From IMG/VR virus record IMGVR_UViG_3300017912_000068, positions 1 through 30,104 of that record: 30,104 nucleotides of DNA, one strand, 5' to 3'. The DNA is from a virus (Duplodnaviria; Caudoviricetes). Positions 1-8,823 of this stretch are shown piece after piece. The position numbers and the translations under genes were made by a program. Within the stretch, counting starts at the first letter, position 1, and every line of letters begins with the position of its first letter. The notes under the pieces are model-generated. The model ran no database searches. It saw only the letters and a program-made list of their open reading frames with translations, and was not told where the DNA came from.

Positions 1-2100
1 ACCAGCGTCTAGATAATCTGTTGGCCCATTCATTGGCCCTAGTTGAATTGATTTAGCCCACACAGCATTATTTAAAGCCGGAACAGTTAAATTATATGCT
101 TGTATATTTGCAGCTTCTGCATCAGGAGTTTGAAAGTCAGCAATAATTCTGGCAGCACCTAAATTTATAAAATCTTTAGTGACAATGGTTTTTGATTTCC
201 ATTCTAGTGGAGAAAGAATTTGATCTTCATTATCCCATTCAAATATTTCTCCATTACTACCTGAAACATAATACATCTTTCCTGTTTCAGGATCAGTATA
301 TGCTGCTGAAAATGTGTAATCAATACTTACAAAAAACCCACCTACTTTATCATCTCGTTCAAATATAAATGAGTTTGAACTATGAGAGCCAAAGTATTTA
401 CCATTATAAAAATGTCCAATAAGCGTACTAGGGTCTAATGTATCAGACCAAGTATCCCAGTCATGTACAAACTTAGTAATAAGATCAATACCGGTAGATG
501 GTGAAAATACTGCAAGCCCGCCCCAAGTAGCCCACACAACACCATATCCCATGTTCACAACAGAACGCTTTGAAATACAAGGATACAACGTATCAATACG
601 AGATGACACCATAGTTGCTGGGTCATTACCAGAAACTTGGTATGGGTATTCTTTTGTTAGAACTGTAACATAACCTGCGTTTGGTTGAATAGCTACAATA
701 TCAGACTCGAATGTCATTCGATATTTTTGGGGCCAAGCGTGTGGTTTATCAGGGAAAGAAAAACACAACTGGTTATCAAAAAATCCTACAAGAATATTAT
801 TATGAGCTGCTTTAAGTCCCTGTAAGTTTTCAGGTGGTGGATCGTAATCTTCTGAAGGCACAATAGTACTAAGACCACTTACAAGAAAATCATCAGTGAA
901 GTCGTAAGAACTATCACCCCAATACCTAGCAGTGCTAGTGCTAAGCTCAGATACATCATGAAATAGTGTTCCTGTAGTTTCTGCTGTCTCACCTACATCA
1001 GTAGCTGTTTGGTCAAAAGTAAACGCATACTCATCTACAACAGATGCAACTGTACCTGTAGTGTTAAAAGTTGTTTGTCCTGTGCACCCACTAATTTTAA
1101 ATCTATCACCAACAATAAAGTTATGCGGATGCTCTAAAGTTACAGTTGATACGTTAGATGCACGAGCAACTTTTGCTGTAGATGTTGGAAACCAAAGTGT
1201 AGCTAATCTAAAGTAATCTGTAGCAGCAGCGGACACAACACTTCTATAAAGCCTAATACCTCTAATAAAATTTTGACCACTAGGTTTTGTCTGAGGTAAA
1301 GAACTTACAGTTAGTGATTGACCTTCTTTAACATATGCTTCATTAGAAGGAAAACTAGGAATAGATTCTTCATCCCATGGTGTTACAAACGTATAGATGT
1401 AAGTTCTAATCTGTGTATTACCTGCAAGATCAGCTCTACCTGAAGTGTTAGCAGTTTTAGAAACTTGATCACCGGGACTAAAGTATTGGAAGTCTGTAGA
1501 ATTAATAACTGTAATTTCTACATTAGTAGCATTAAAAGATTTTGCTTCATCAGAAGTACCAAAATCACGAATAGTTACAACGTTTCCTGATCTAAGGTTA
1601 TGTGCAGATGAACCATAAAATGTAGCTGTATTACCAGAATCTCGTTCATAATGAGTAGCACTAACTACAGTAAACGAAGTAGCGGTACAAACGGGATCAG
1701 TTGTAGGCAGAGGAAGACCTAACTCATAATACCCGTTTGTAACTGGATAAGGCTCACTTCCATTTGTAGCCAATTCAAAATTGGAGACTTTTGGTACACC
1801 ATCTCCTGAATAGTAAAATCTTTGTTCGTTATCTTCTGATGAAGACGCAATAGCAATATCTACATCTGTAGTCCAAGATAACCAAGTTAGTGCATTTGTA
1901 GATGGGTCTTTTAAAGCATGTAAAGTTTTTATAGTTCCTGTACGCTCTGTATTATCAACAATTACAGGGGTACGGTAAGGCAATAGATCACCTGAATAAA
2001 GCTTTACGTTAAAAGCTTTTTGTGCTGCCCCATCAGGTAACAACTCAGAAGAAATTTTCGGAGCTTCACCTAAGAACTTAATTAACTTTACTGATGCCAT
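1..2100 (-). CDS. Tail nozzle / tail tubular protein B-like virion protein (3' end runs off the window)
   Basis: Missing from the ORF track because it has no stop in the window. ATG at 2100 abuts the endolysin stop; I read it open for 700 codons (MASVKLIKFLGEAPKISSELLPDGAAQKAFNVKLYSGDLLP...TYIYTFVTPWDEES...LCFSFPDKPHAWPQKY...PCISKRSVVNMGYGVVWATWGGL...EWKSKT). These are beta-rich motifs typical of podovirus nozzle/stabilisation proteins. Confidence 0.7.
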   Translation of the reverse strand, partial: MASVKLIKFLGEAPKISSELLPDGAAQKAFNVKLYSGDLLPYRTPVIVDNTERTGTIKTLHALKDPSTNALTWLSWTTDVDIAIASSSEDNEQRFYYSGDGVPKVSNFELATNGSEPYPVTNGYYELGLPLPTTDPVCTATSFTVVSATHYERDSGNTATFYGSSAHNLRSGNVVTIRDFGTSDEAKSFNATNVEITVINSTDFQYFSPGDQVSKTANTSGRADLAGNTQIRTYIYTFVTPWDEESIPSFPSNEAYVKEGQSLTVSSLPQTKPSGQNFIRGIRLYRSVVSAAATDYFRLATLWFPTSTAKVARASNVSTVTLEHPHNFIVGDRFKISGCTGQTTFNTTGTVASVVDEYAFTFDQTATDVGETAETTGTLFHDVSELSTSTARYWGDSSYDFTDDFLVSGLSTIVPSEDYDPPPENLQGLKAAHNNILVGFFDNQLCFSFPDKPHAWPQKYRMTFESDIVAIQPNAGYVTVLTKEYPYQVSGNDPATMVSSRIDTLYPCISKRSVVNMGYGVVWATWGGLAVFSPSTGIDLITKFVHDWDTWSDTLDPSTLIGHFYNGKYFGSHSSNSFIFERDDKVGGFFVSIDYTFSAAYTDPETGKMYYVSGSNGEIFEWDNEDQILSPLEWKSKTIVTKDFINLGAARIIADFQTPDAEAANIQAYNLTVPALNNAVWAKSIQLGPMNGPTDYLDAG

Positions 2101-2598
2101 CTACACCATCTCCAATGATTGAGCTAGAGTTTCTTTATTTCGTCTAGTCCAACCTTTTCCAAATGTATCAAAAGTTTTGAGTTTTTCATAGAACTCTTGT
2201 CTTTCTTCATACATTTTATTTATAATCTCATGTACATCTGCTTCCATAACTAATTCCATAGTTTTAGGGCCGATGTGTCCATCATCTCGAGCACCCACAA
2301 TACGTTGTAGTGCCTTTGCTGATCTTGATGTACCACTATTAACACCCCAGTCAAACACACACCAGTCTACACCACTAGGTAGTTCGTCGCCTTTTATTTT
2401 ATCCCAGTATAGTTTTTTATACAAAGGAGCAACATCTTCTGGTGTAAGCTCTTTCATATCTTTAGTGCCACCCCAGTCTTCCCAAACACGTTTGGTTACA
2501 CCTAGGTTTGTTTCACCTCCCGGATCACTAGGATGGTTTACATAACCGCCTTCGTGCTCCAATAACATCTCTAAACAATGGTCAAAGTTTTCTTTCAT
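2101..2598 (-). CDS. Endolysin, glycoside hydrolase family 108 with C-terminal peptidoglycan-binding domain
   Basis: HEGGYVNHPSDPGGETNLGVT catalytic motif; DWGVNSG; LQRIVG..DGHIGPKT; FGKGWTRR C-terminus. Confidence 0.93.
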   Translation of the reverse strand: MKENFDHCLEMLLEHEGGYVNHPSDPGGETNLGVTKRVWEDWGGTKDMKELTPEDVAPLYKKLYWDKIKGDELPSGVDWCVFDWGVNSGTSRSAKALQRIVGARDDGHIGPKTMELVMEADVHEIINKMYEERQEFYEKLKTFDTFGKGWTRRNKETLAQSLEMV

Positions 2599-2999
2599 TT
2601 AGTTAACCCTTTTGATTTTTCGTAACTTCTGAGGCCGCCCAAACCGAGCATTCCCAGTAAAACGGTCATTAAGCTGTCCATATCAAATGCAGGCAAATCT
2701 GGTATTTCTACTCCAGCCCAGCCAGCACCAAACAGAACAATTGGATGAAGTACAAAATGATACCCAAGTGCAACAGCACAAATCCAACCAACAAAAGGTC
2801 TCCAACCTGCAACAAATATACTTCTGTGCTTTGCCTCTGCTTTATTAACTTCAACTTGCGCCATATTTGCTTCATGCGCTTGTTTCTCCGCCATTGTAGC
2901 AATCTCATGTGCGAGCTTTGCTTTTTGATCTTTGTCTTCAATAAATTTATCTAGTAGACCTGTTACAGGGCCAACTAGACTACTTACTAGATTTAACAT
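2595..2999 (-). CDS. Holin (3TM / gene-transfer-release holin family-like)
   Basis: AGWRPFVGW motif, hydrophobic helices, LLGMLGLGGLRSYEK basic tail; 4-nt overlap with the endolysin. Confidence 0.85.
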   Translation of the reverse strand: MLNLVSSLVGPVTGLLDKFIEDKDQKAKLAHEIATMAEKQAHEANMAQVEVNKAEAKHRSIFVAGWRPFVGWICAVALGYHFVLHPIVLFGAGWAGVEIPDLPAFDMDSLMTVLLGMLGLGGLRSYEKSKGLTK

Positions 3000-3318
3000 T
3001 GTTTCCTCCTGATCTTATGTTTACATTTGTAAATCCAAAATATGCTCCAACAAGTGCAGCAATAGACACATAATAAATATTAGCCATAGAAGCTAATAGC
3101 TCCGCAGCACTATCCAAACCAAAGAAACTAGATATAAAAACACCAGAAGGGTAAACAAGCATACCAACCAAACTAAACCACGCCATTTTGCGTTGGCTAT
3201 CTCTTTTAGCATCCTCATCCTCAAGCCTTTTTCTTTCGAACTCGACTTGCATCGCTGCCCATTCCGTTTTATCAATCGTGCCATTATTATTTTTATCTAC
3301 ACTTTCGAATGAACTCAT
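2980..3318 (-). CDS. Two-TM membrane protein with N-terminal EF-hand-like loop (holin/antiholin-like)
   Basis: DKNNNGTIDKTE fits the 12-residue EF-hand loop; two TM segments; GAYFG motif; lies directly upstream of the holin. Confidence 0.6.
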   Translation of the reverse strand: MSSFESVDKNNNGTIDKTEWAAMQVEFERKRLEDEDAKRDSQRKMAWFSLVGMLVYPSGVFISSFFGLDSAAELLASMANIYYVSIAALVGAYFGFTNVNIRSGGNNVKSSK

Positions 3319-3773
3319 TTTCCCATCTCCCTAAGAAGCGGGTTTTCTAAAGCCCTTTCTAACTTTTTATTAACACGGTCTTCCATAGATGTAAGCTTTT
3401 CATCTATCGAAGAAGTCCTTTCATCAAACCATTTTTTAGCTTCTTGTATTGATGTTCTATTCTCGCTTTCCATATCACGAAGTCTGCGCTCAACAAGACC
3501 AATCGCTTTTTCAACTTGAATAACATCGGATCGTAAATCGTTTTTAATATCTTTTGCATAATCTATTGCCTCATCTAGCTTAACCATCGCTGTGTCTATT
3601 TGTGCTTCCACAGCTTGTACATCTAGGTTGGCAAGCTTTTCTTTCATATCAGTGTAATCTTTATAAACTTCAAAGCCGCCATACAGCACACCTATCAAAG
3701 AACCAATAGCCATTAAGACAGCAAGTCCTTTGCCGCCTTTTACTTTAACACCACCTACGTCTAGTTCTGCCAT
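3315..3773 (-). CDS. Membrane-anchored coiled-coil protein (possible spanin-like)
   Basis: Likely start is ATG 3773 (MAELDVGG); TM LAVLMAIGSLIGVLYGGF followed by a heptad-rich helical region; the track gives a longer start at 3797. Confidence 0.6.
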   Translation of the reverse strand: MAELDVGGVKVKGGKGLAVLMAIGSLIGVLYGGFEVYKDYTDMKEKLANLDVQAVEAQIDTAMVKLDEAIDYAKDIKNDLRSDVIQVEKAIGLVERRLRDMESENRTSIQEAKKWFDERTSSIDEKLTSMEDRVNKKLERALENPLLREMGK

Positions 3774-5260
3774 TGTAAATCCACCATTTCGTTCCACAGA
3801 TAATCAGATGCACCTGTATAATAATCAGCATACGGATTATCATAATTTTTTCCACCATCTAATTGAAAAACTTCATAAAAGTTTACATTAGGTATACTAA
3901 CAGTTTGATAAGAGTCAAAATTTTTAACAGCTTCAGATTGCTGCATTGTAACTAAACGCACAGTCTCCATTACTGTTGAGTAAGCAATCGCACTAGTTCT
4001 TGTATTTGATCTTTTTGTATCACTGGACTTTGGTTTTTCGGAGGTTTCGCTATCTTCTGCCCCGGCTTCAACTCTAGTTTCGTTGCTATCTCTTGAAGAT
4101 TCAGCGGTTCGAACAGGTTCGGATTCCTTAGTTTCCCCTTCGGTAGTTTCGTTACTTTGCTCATTGTTAACACTTTCTTCTACAGGTTCTTGTTCTACTG
4201 AAGCTACTTCTATAGTTTCAGATACTTCTGTGTCAGGTAAGTCCATATCAAAAGACTCTACTTCCACAATCTCAATCTCAAAATCACCTGTAGGTGTATC
4301 CATTACTTCAACTTCAAATGTTGCTACGCCCCCATCAAAGGTGTCTAGTTCGAGTTCAAAAGTTACACCAGCATCTACAGTATAGTCTGTATAATCTACT
4401 TCTATAGGTGGAGGTGGTATGTATTGAGAATCATAAGCATACTCTGTAGTTTGCTTGATTGTAGTCATTTCTACTTGAGTAATAATTTGATTAATTACCT
4501 CAGATATAGAATCATATGTAAGGTTAAAGAAAACATCAGAAAATCCGGGGCCATAATAACCTTGGAAATAACCTGAATCCATTCCGTATAATTCTAGAGA
4601 AGCTGTATCAAATGCTATGTTAGCTATGTTTTGGTTATACGAATAATCTCTAGTGCCTGACCAATTTATACTTGCATAGTTATGTGTATAAGTTTGTTTT
4701 ACTGTACCTTGGTCTAATAAACGTACAGTTATTTTAAATTCATCTTGGCAATCACCAGTAGTATTACCACAAGTAGGAAGCTGTGCATTAGACTCGTGAG
4801 AGTAAACTGTAGCGCCGTAATCTATTTCTTTTTTATTATCAATGTTTGAAACATCAAACTCAAAAGTTCTACTACCGCCGCCTAGTGATTCGTTTCCTGT
4901 ACATACATCAGCTCCTGTCATACCAAAGTTACCACAACTTGTTGACACATTGGTGTCTGTAACTGTGCCGGTATTAATAAGCTGATCTGTTTTTTCTTCT
5001 ACAACTTGTACAGTTTGAAATGTTGTTTGATTTACAGTTTCTTCAATAGTCTCTGTATATGTGTAAGTATAAGTAGTCTCTAAAAAGTCACCAACCATTT
5101 CTTCTTGAGTGTTAGTAAGCTCAGGAACAACAGTAACTGCTGTAACAGTACCACCATTAGGGCCAACGTCACCAACTTGATATTGTTGATCGTAAGCACT
5201 AGAGGAGGAACAATAAAGCAGCAAGAGCGCCAAAAATGGCAAGACCGTTTTTGTCATCAC
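3761..5260 (-). CDS. Exported acidic protein of unknown function (499 aa)
   Basis: Signal peptide (MMTKTVLPFLALLLLYCSSSSA), Cys-containing beta-rich domain, PPPP hinge, Glu/Ser-rich linker. Confidence 0.7.
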   Translation of the reverse strand: MMTKTVLPFLALLLLYCSSSSAYDQQYQVGDVGPNGGTVTAVTVVPELTNTQEEMVGDFLETTYTYTYTETIEETVNQTTFQTVQVVEEKTDQLINTGTVTDTNVSTSCGNFGMTGADVCTGNESLGGGSRTFEFDVSNIDNKKEIDYGATVYSHESNAQLPTCGNTTGDCQDEFKITVRLLDQGTVKQTYTHNYASINWSGTRDYSYNQNIANIAFDTASLELYGMDSGYFQGYYGPGFSDVFFNLTYDSISEVINQIITQVEMTTIKQTTEYAYDSQYIPPPPIEVDYTDYTVDAGVTFELELDTFDGGVATFEVEVMDTPTGDFEIEIVEVESFDMDLPDTEVSETIEVASVEQEPVEESVNNEQSNETTEGETKESEPVRTAESSRDSNETRVEAGAEDSETSEKPKSSDTKRSNTRTSAIAYSTVMETVRLVTMQQSEAVKNFDSYQTVSIPNVNFYEVFQLDGGKNYDNPYADYYTGASDYLWNEMVDLQWQN

Positions 5261-5786
5261 TACTATCCTCCTGTGGTTTAGTTACATTTTTCTTTTTTTC
5301 CTTTATTTCTTTTACTTTTTCTTTTTGTAAACTGTCTATCGTAGGAGCTTGGTAATTATTATCTTCCCAAGCTTCTGTGGCTGCTTTACCTATAGTACCA
5401 AGATAAGGACATGGTGTTCCTGCCATCCACATACCTTCCCAGACACGTTGATCTTGGCAAAGAACAGATACTGCAGCAACTTTCATACCCATACCATAAA
5501 GACTACGAGCAAGTTTAAGTCGCTCACAATTCTCGTCGGTAACAGTTTGACCTGTAGCAAAACCAAGTATCTGTGTTTGTACTGCTACTGATGAAGCAGA
5601 GGTACAAACATCTTGGTTATTAATAACAATAGAGGGAGCTGAAGCTGTAGGTGGAGTCTTATCTACAGTTGTAGTACCTGTAACGGTACTTGAAATTGTA
5701 TTAGTTTCTGCGAATGCTATGCTAGCACCCAAACAAATGGAAGCAGCAAACAAGATGACCTTCTTTAACCACTCCATCTGTTTCAT
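5199..5786 (-). CDS. Exported Cys-containing protein with C-terminal membrane anchor (195 aa)
   Basis: Signal peptide ending AFA|ET; PPTASAP..DVC..ENCERLKL..LCQD..GTPCP; Lys-rich linker; terminal hydrophobic helix; GGAG RBS. Confidence 0.75.
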   Translation of the reverse strand: MKQMEWLKKVILFAASICLGASIAFAETNTISSTVTGTTTVDKTPPTASAPSIVINNQDVCTSASSVAVQTQILGFATGQTVTDENCERLKLARSLYGMGMKVAAVSVLCQDQRVWEGMWMAGTPCPYLGTIGKAATEAWEDNNYQAPTIDSLQKEKVKEIKEKKKNVTKPQEDSSDDKNGLAIFGALAALLFLL

Positions 5787-5800
5787 ATAAGTTCTCCAAT

Positions 5801-5950
5801 TTACTTTGCCTTTTTAAGACACTTACCTGCTTTTTTACAAGCAGCTTTAGTTTTACAAGTTGCACAGTTTTTAAAAACTTTTCCGCCATACTTATAAACC
5901 ATAGCTTTACTACTACTTTTCTTTTTATCTTTCATTTTATACCCCGGCAT
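5801..5950 (-). CDS. Small basic Cys4 protein (49 aa)
   Basis: Not in the track. MPGYKMKDKKKSSSKAMVYKYGGKVFKNCATCKTKAACKKAGKCLKKAK; strong GGAGG RBS; fills the gap exactly. Confidence 0.75.
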   Translation of the reverse strand: MPGYKMKDKKKSSSKAMVYKYGGKVFKNCATCKTKAACKKAGKCLKKAK

Positions 5951-5959
5951 ATTGACCTC

Positions 5960-6133
5960 CTATCCTAGCATTATTGCTGATAAAATTGATGTTAGACCTA
6001 CAATCATCGCACCGGCTGCGATAATCATAATTTTTTCTAGCCTCTCAATACGAAATATAATCATCTCATATCGTTCAGCACAGACAGCTTCGTGTTTTAG
6101 CAATTCAGATTCTACTTCAGATACTTTAGTCAT
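5960..6133 (-). CDS. Small membrane protein (57 aa; coiled coil plus C-terminal TM)
   Basis: Not in the track. MTKVSEVESELLKHEAVCAERYEMIIFRIERLEKIMIIAAGAMIVGLTSILSAIMLG; GAGGTG RBS. Confidence 0.8.
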   Translation of the reverse strand: MTKVSEVESELLKHEAVCAERYEMIIFRIERLEKIMIIAAGAMIVGLTSILSAIMLG

Positions 6134-6299
6134 CTTCACCTCTCATCCCTGCTAAAACTGCTTCTGTTTGATCTTCTATTTTTACCTCTGGCTCTTCTGG
6201 AAGTTCTGGTTCTTCTACAATAATAGCCCCTTCTGGTGGTTCTTCTGTTCTAACAAACGCACCATTTGGCAACATATATAGAAGAGTACGTTTAGCCAT
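6126..6299 (-). CDS. Small acidic hypothetical protein (57 aa)
   Basis: Not in the track. MAKRTLLYMLPNGAFVRTEEPPEGAIIVEEPELPEEPEVKIEDQTEAVLAGMRGEDD; overlaps both neighbours by 8 nt. Confidence 0.65.
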   Translation of the reverse strand: MAKRTLLYMLPNGAFVRTEEPPEGAIIVEEPELPEEPEVKIEDQTEAVLAGMRGEDD

Positions 6300-6693
6300 T
6301 TACTAATACCCATCCTGTTGTATTATCAGCTTGGTAAGCATCTTCATCCCACATATATTCATTACCATCATCTGGATAATCTAACGGTGCTTCCCAAAAA
6401 TATGTTGTGTTATTTAATGTCCAGCTGTTATATGGTTTTTGTTGATAAAAGCCTATTCCATCATAGTTAAAACCAATACCAGCAAAATTTTTTCTTTCTC
6501 TTGCTTCATCTCCATCTATAACTGATTGGTCTTCTGCTGGTTCACCATCTATATGATAAACACCGCCTCTCATATTATATGAAGTTTTAACCCATGTTCC
6601 CGGAGTATTGTCAACAAAAGTATCAAAAAATTCAGCTTCAGCTACTATGACATCTGTTACTATTCCATCTTTTACTTTTGCATAATGAGCCAT
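6292..6693 (-). CDS. Tail-fibre-associated protein
   Basis: MAHYAK..V..VIVA..WVKTSYN..RKNFAGIGFNYD..PYNSWTL..WEAP; this pattern typically follows glycine-rich fibre genes in aquatic phages. Confidence 0.65.
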   Translation of the reverse strand: MAHYAKVKDGIVTDVIVAEAEFFDTFVDNTPGTWVKTSYNMRGGVYHIDGEPAEDQSVIDGDEARERKNFAGIGFNYDGIGFYQQKPYNSWTLNNTTYFWEAPLDYPDDGNEYMWDEDAYQADNTTGWVLVNG

Positions 6694-6701
6694 AATTTAT
6701 C

Positions 6702-8291
6702 CTATATTGCGTACCTTATAATTACAACACCAGAACTACCTGCGCCAGAACCGGGATAACTAACTCCGTCTTTTCCTCCGCCGCCTCCGCCGCCTCTATT
6801 AGTAGTACCAGCGCCACCTATTGTTGATTGAGAACCACCTGCACCTCCTGCACCCCCTCCGAGTCCACCGGGAGCAGATGTCCATGAAACACCGCCTCCG
6901 CCGCCAGAATAAGTTACTGACGAGCCACTAATATCATTTGAAACTCCATTTCCACCATCTCCTCCATGACCAGACCCCCTCGAACCAGAGCCTGCATTAG
7001 AGCCAGCAGAACCAGCGCCGCCGCCTCCGCCGCCTCCATGGCTGGAAGAGCCATTACCAGCACCACCAGCATAGCCTTGACCAGATGTTCCAGAACCTCC
7101 AGACCCATCGCCAGAAGATTGACCTCCACCGCCGCAGCCACCGGATGCTCCGTTAGAATCTGTTCCAGCACCATAACCACCGCCATTTGCTGTGATGCCG
7201 TTAAAAGTAGAATTACCTCCTTGGGTTCCGTTAGCACCATTAACACCAACAACACCAGCGCCTCCAGCACCGACTGTTACTGTGTATGAACCAGCAGAAA
7301 TTGATTGTTTACTTTCGGCAGATGCACCACCTCCAGAGTTTGAGCCAGTACGAGAACTACGAAGTCCTCCTCCGCCTCCGCCTCCACAACCATTTGTACC
7401 GTGTTGTGCGCCGCCTCCAGCGCCGCCACCTAAAACTAAATATTCTACATTAGTTAATGATACTCCAGTTGGAACTGTGAATGTCCCAGAAGATGTAAAG
7501 GTGTGAATTCTATCACTACCAGATGCTGATATAGTTCCGCCACTAGGAAGAGCAGTTGCTGTTATTGTTTGAGCTGCTGTAGTAGCGTCAGAATTAGTAA
7601 CTGTAACTGTAACAACATTTCCAGCTGTTACATTATTATAGACAGCAGCTGGGACTGTTACTGAAGCTGATGTATCTGATGATGGAGTAACAGAAACATC
7701 TTCATCAATAGAATCTGATGATTGTGTAAAATTTACTGTTAAAGAAGTTCCAAACCCAGAACCTGTTAATGTAAGTGTAGATGCACCACCAGCGTAAAGA
7801 GACCCAGAAATAGAAGTAAATTGCACTACTACTGACGATATTTTTCGCCATTGTGAGCCGTCTGAATAATAAACAACATCATCATCTGTATCATATCTAA
7901 TATGCCCCTCAGTACCACTTGCTGCAGGTTGTTGTGCTGTAGTGCCTTTAGGAAGTGCTAAAGAACCTGTAGATGTAGTGTCGTTATCATAGGGAATAGA
8001 TTCAAACAATGCAGCGGTAGGTCTAAGTTCAAACCTATCACCAATAGCAAAAGCACGAGCCGTAGTATTATCTTGAGCACGAGTTACAGTCATAGAGTCT
8101 GTAGAACGTGCAGTAACTTTTACAACTTCAATATTATTACTAGTATCAACAAGTGTACCGAAAAAGAAATCACCAGAGCCAAGCGAAGGAAATCTTGCAC
8201 CCTGTCCTGTATCAAGAGTAATAGTAGTATCAGAAGAACTAATACCAGCGGATATTGTGCCGAAGGCGTTATTAGTTACTTTAACCCCCAT
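6702..8291 (-). CDS. Tail fibre / receptor-binding protein 2 with glycine-rich C-terminal domain
   Basis: N-terminal anchor shared with 9183-10148; LALPKGTTAQQP..GHIRYDT repeat; Ig/IPT-like segment; HTFTSSGTF..VEYLVLGGG..GSSGVVIIRY glycine-rich domain. Confidence 0.8.
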   Translation of the reverse strand: MGVKVTNNAFGTISAGISSSDTTITLDTGQGARFPSLGSGDFFFGTLVDTSNNIEVVKVTARSTDSMTVTRAQDNTTARAFAIGDRFELRPTAALFESIPYDNDTTSTGSLALPKGTTAQQPAASGTEGHIRYDTDDDVVYYSDGSQWRKISSVVVQFTSISGSLYAGGASTLTLTGSGFGTSLTVNFTQSSDSIDEDVSVTPSSDTSASVTVPAAVYNNVTAGNVVTVTVTNSDATTAAQTITATALPSGGTISASGSDRIHTFTSSGTFTVPTGVSLTNVEYLVLGGGAGGGAQHGTNGCGGGGGGGLRSSRTGSNSGGGASAESKQSISAGSYTVTVGAGGAGVVGVNGANGTQGGNSTFNGITANGGGYGAGTDSNGASGGCGGGGQSSGDGSGGSGTSGQGYAGGAGNGSSSHGGGGGGGAGSAGSNAGSGSRGSGHGGDGGNGVSNDISGSSVTYSGGGGGVSWTSAPGGLGGGAGGAGGSQSTIGGAGTTNRGGGGGGGKDGVSYPGSGAGSSGVVIIRYAI

Positions 8292-8823
8292 TCTCTACTC
8301 CTTGGTTTAATTTCTGCTCGATGTCAGATATACTTTGATTACCTTTATAATGAAAACCTAAGCTTAATCTTTCTGTTTTAGCATCAATACAGTGCCAAGT
8401 GTTTTTACCGACTTCAAAAATATTAAAAGACCAAAATGGTTTATCTTCAATTACTTTGTCTTTAAATTTCATTTTGCTTTCTGGGGTATCAGTTGATCTA
8501 ACTAAATAAATTCTTGTGCTTGGGTTATTACTATTAGTATGCCAATTCATATATCCATTTGGTGGATAATAAACTAACTGCATATTAGGAATAACTACAT
8601 CTTGAATTAAATCTTCAAGTATAACTTTTGTCTGTTGGATAATATGTTTCCACCCATACAAACCTTTATGACCATCATTTACTTTAGTTTTTGCTATATC
8701 ATGTAAAGGTATATCTTCATGCGTAAGATTATTATCCACATTTATATTTCTAAGATTTAACTGCGGAAAAATAGTCTTATGCCAGTCCTCTAACACACTA
8801 TATAGCTCATTCTTTTGGTGCAT
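8281..8823 (-). CDS. Cupin / 2OG-Fe(II) oxygenase-like protein
   Basis: YYPPNGYMNWHTN...WHCI....RLSLGF double-stranded beta-helix pattern; noticeably AT-rich. Confidence 0.6.
   Translation of the reverse strand: MHQKNELYSVLEDWHKTIFPQLNLRNINVDNNLTHEDIPLHDIAKTKVNDGHKGLYGWKHIIQQTKVILEDLIQDVVIPNMQLVYYPPNGYMNWHTNSNNPSTRIYLVRSTDTPESKMKFKDKVIEDKPFWSFNIFEVGKNTWHCIDAKTERLSLGFHYKGNQSISDIEQKLNQGVENGG

Noticed and set aside
5195-5260. Lipoprotein (o-spanin) call for the 499-aa protein
   Set aside because: LLYC is a poor lipobox, an SPase I site (SSA|Y) follows, and the protein is far larger than typical o-spanins
6720-7440. Collagen-like or DNA tandem repeat (CCGCCTCCG runs)
   Set aside because: Explained by poly-Gly codons of the glycine-rich fibre domain; no Gly-X-Y periodicity
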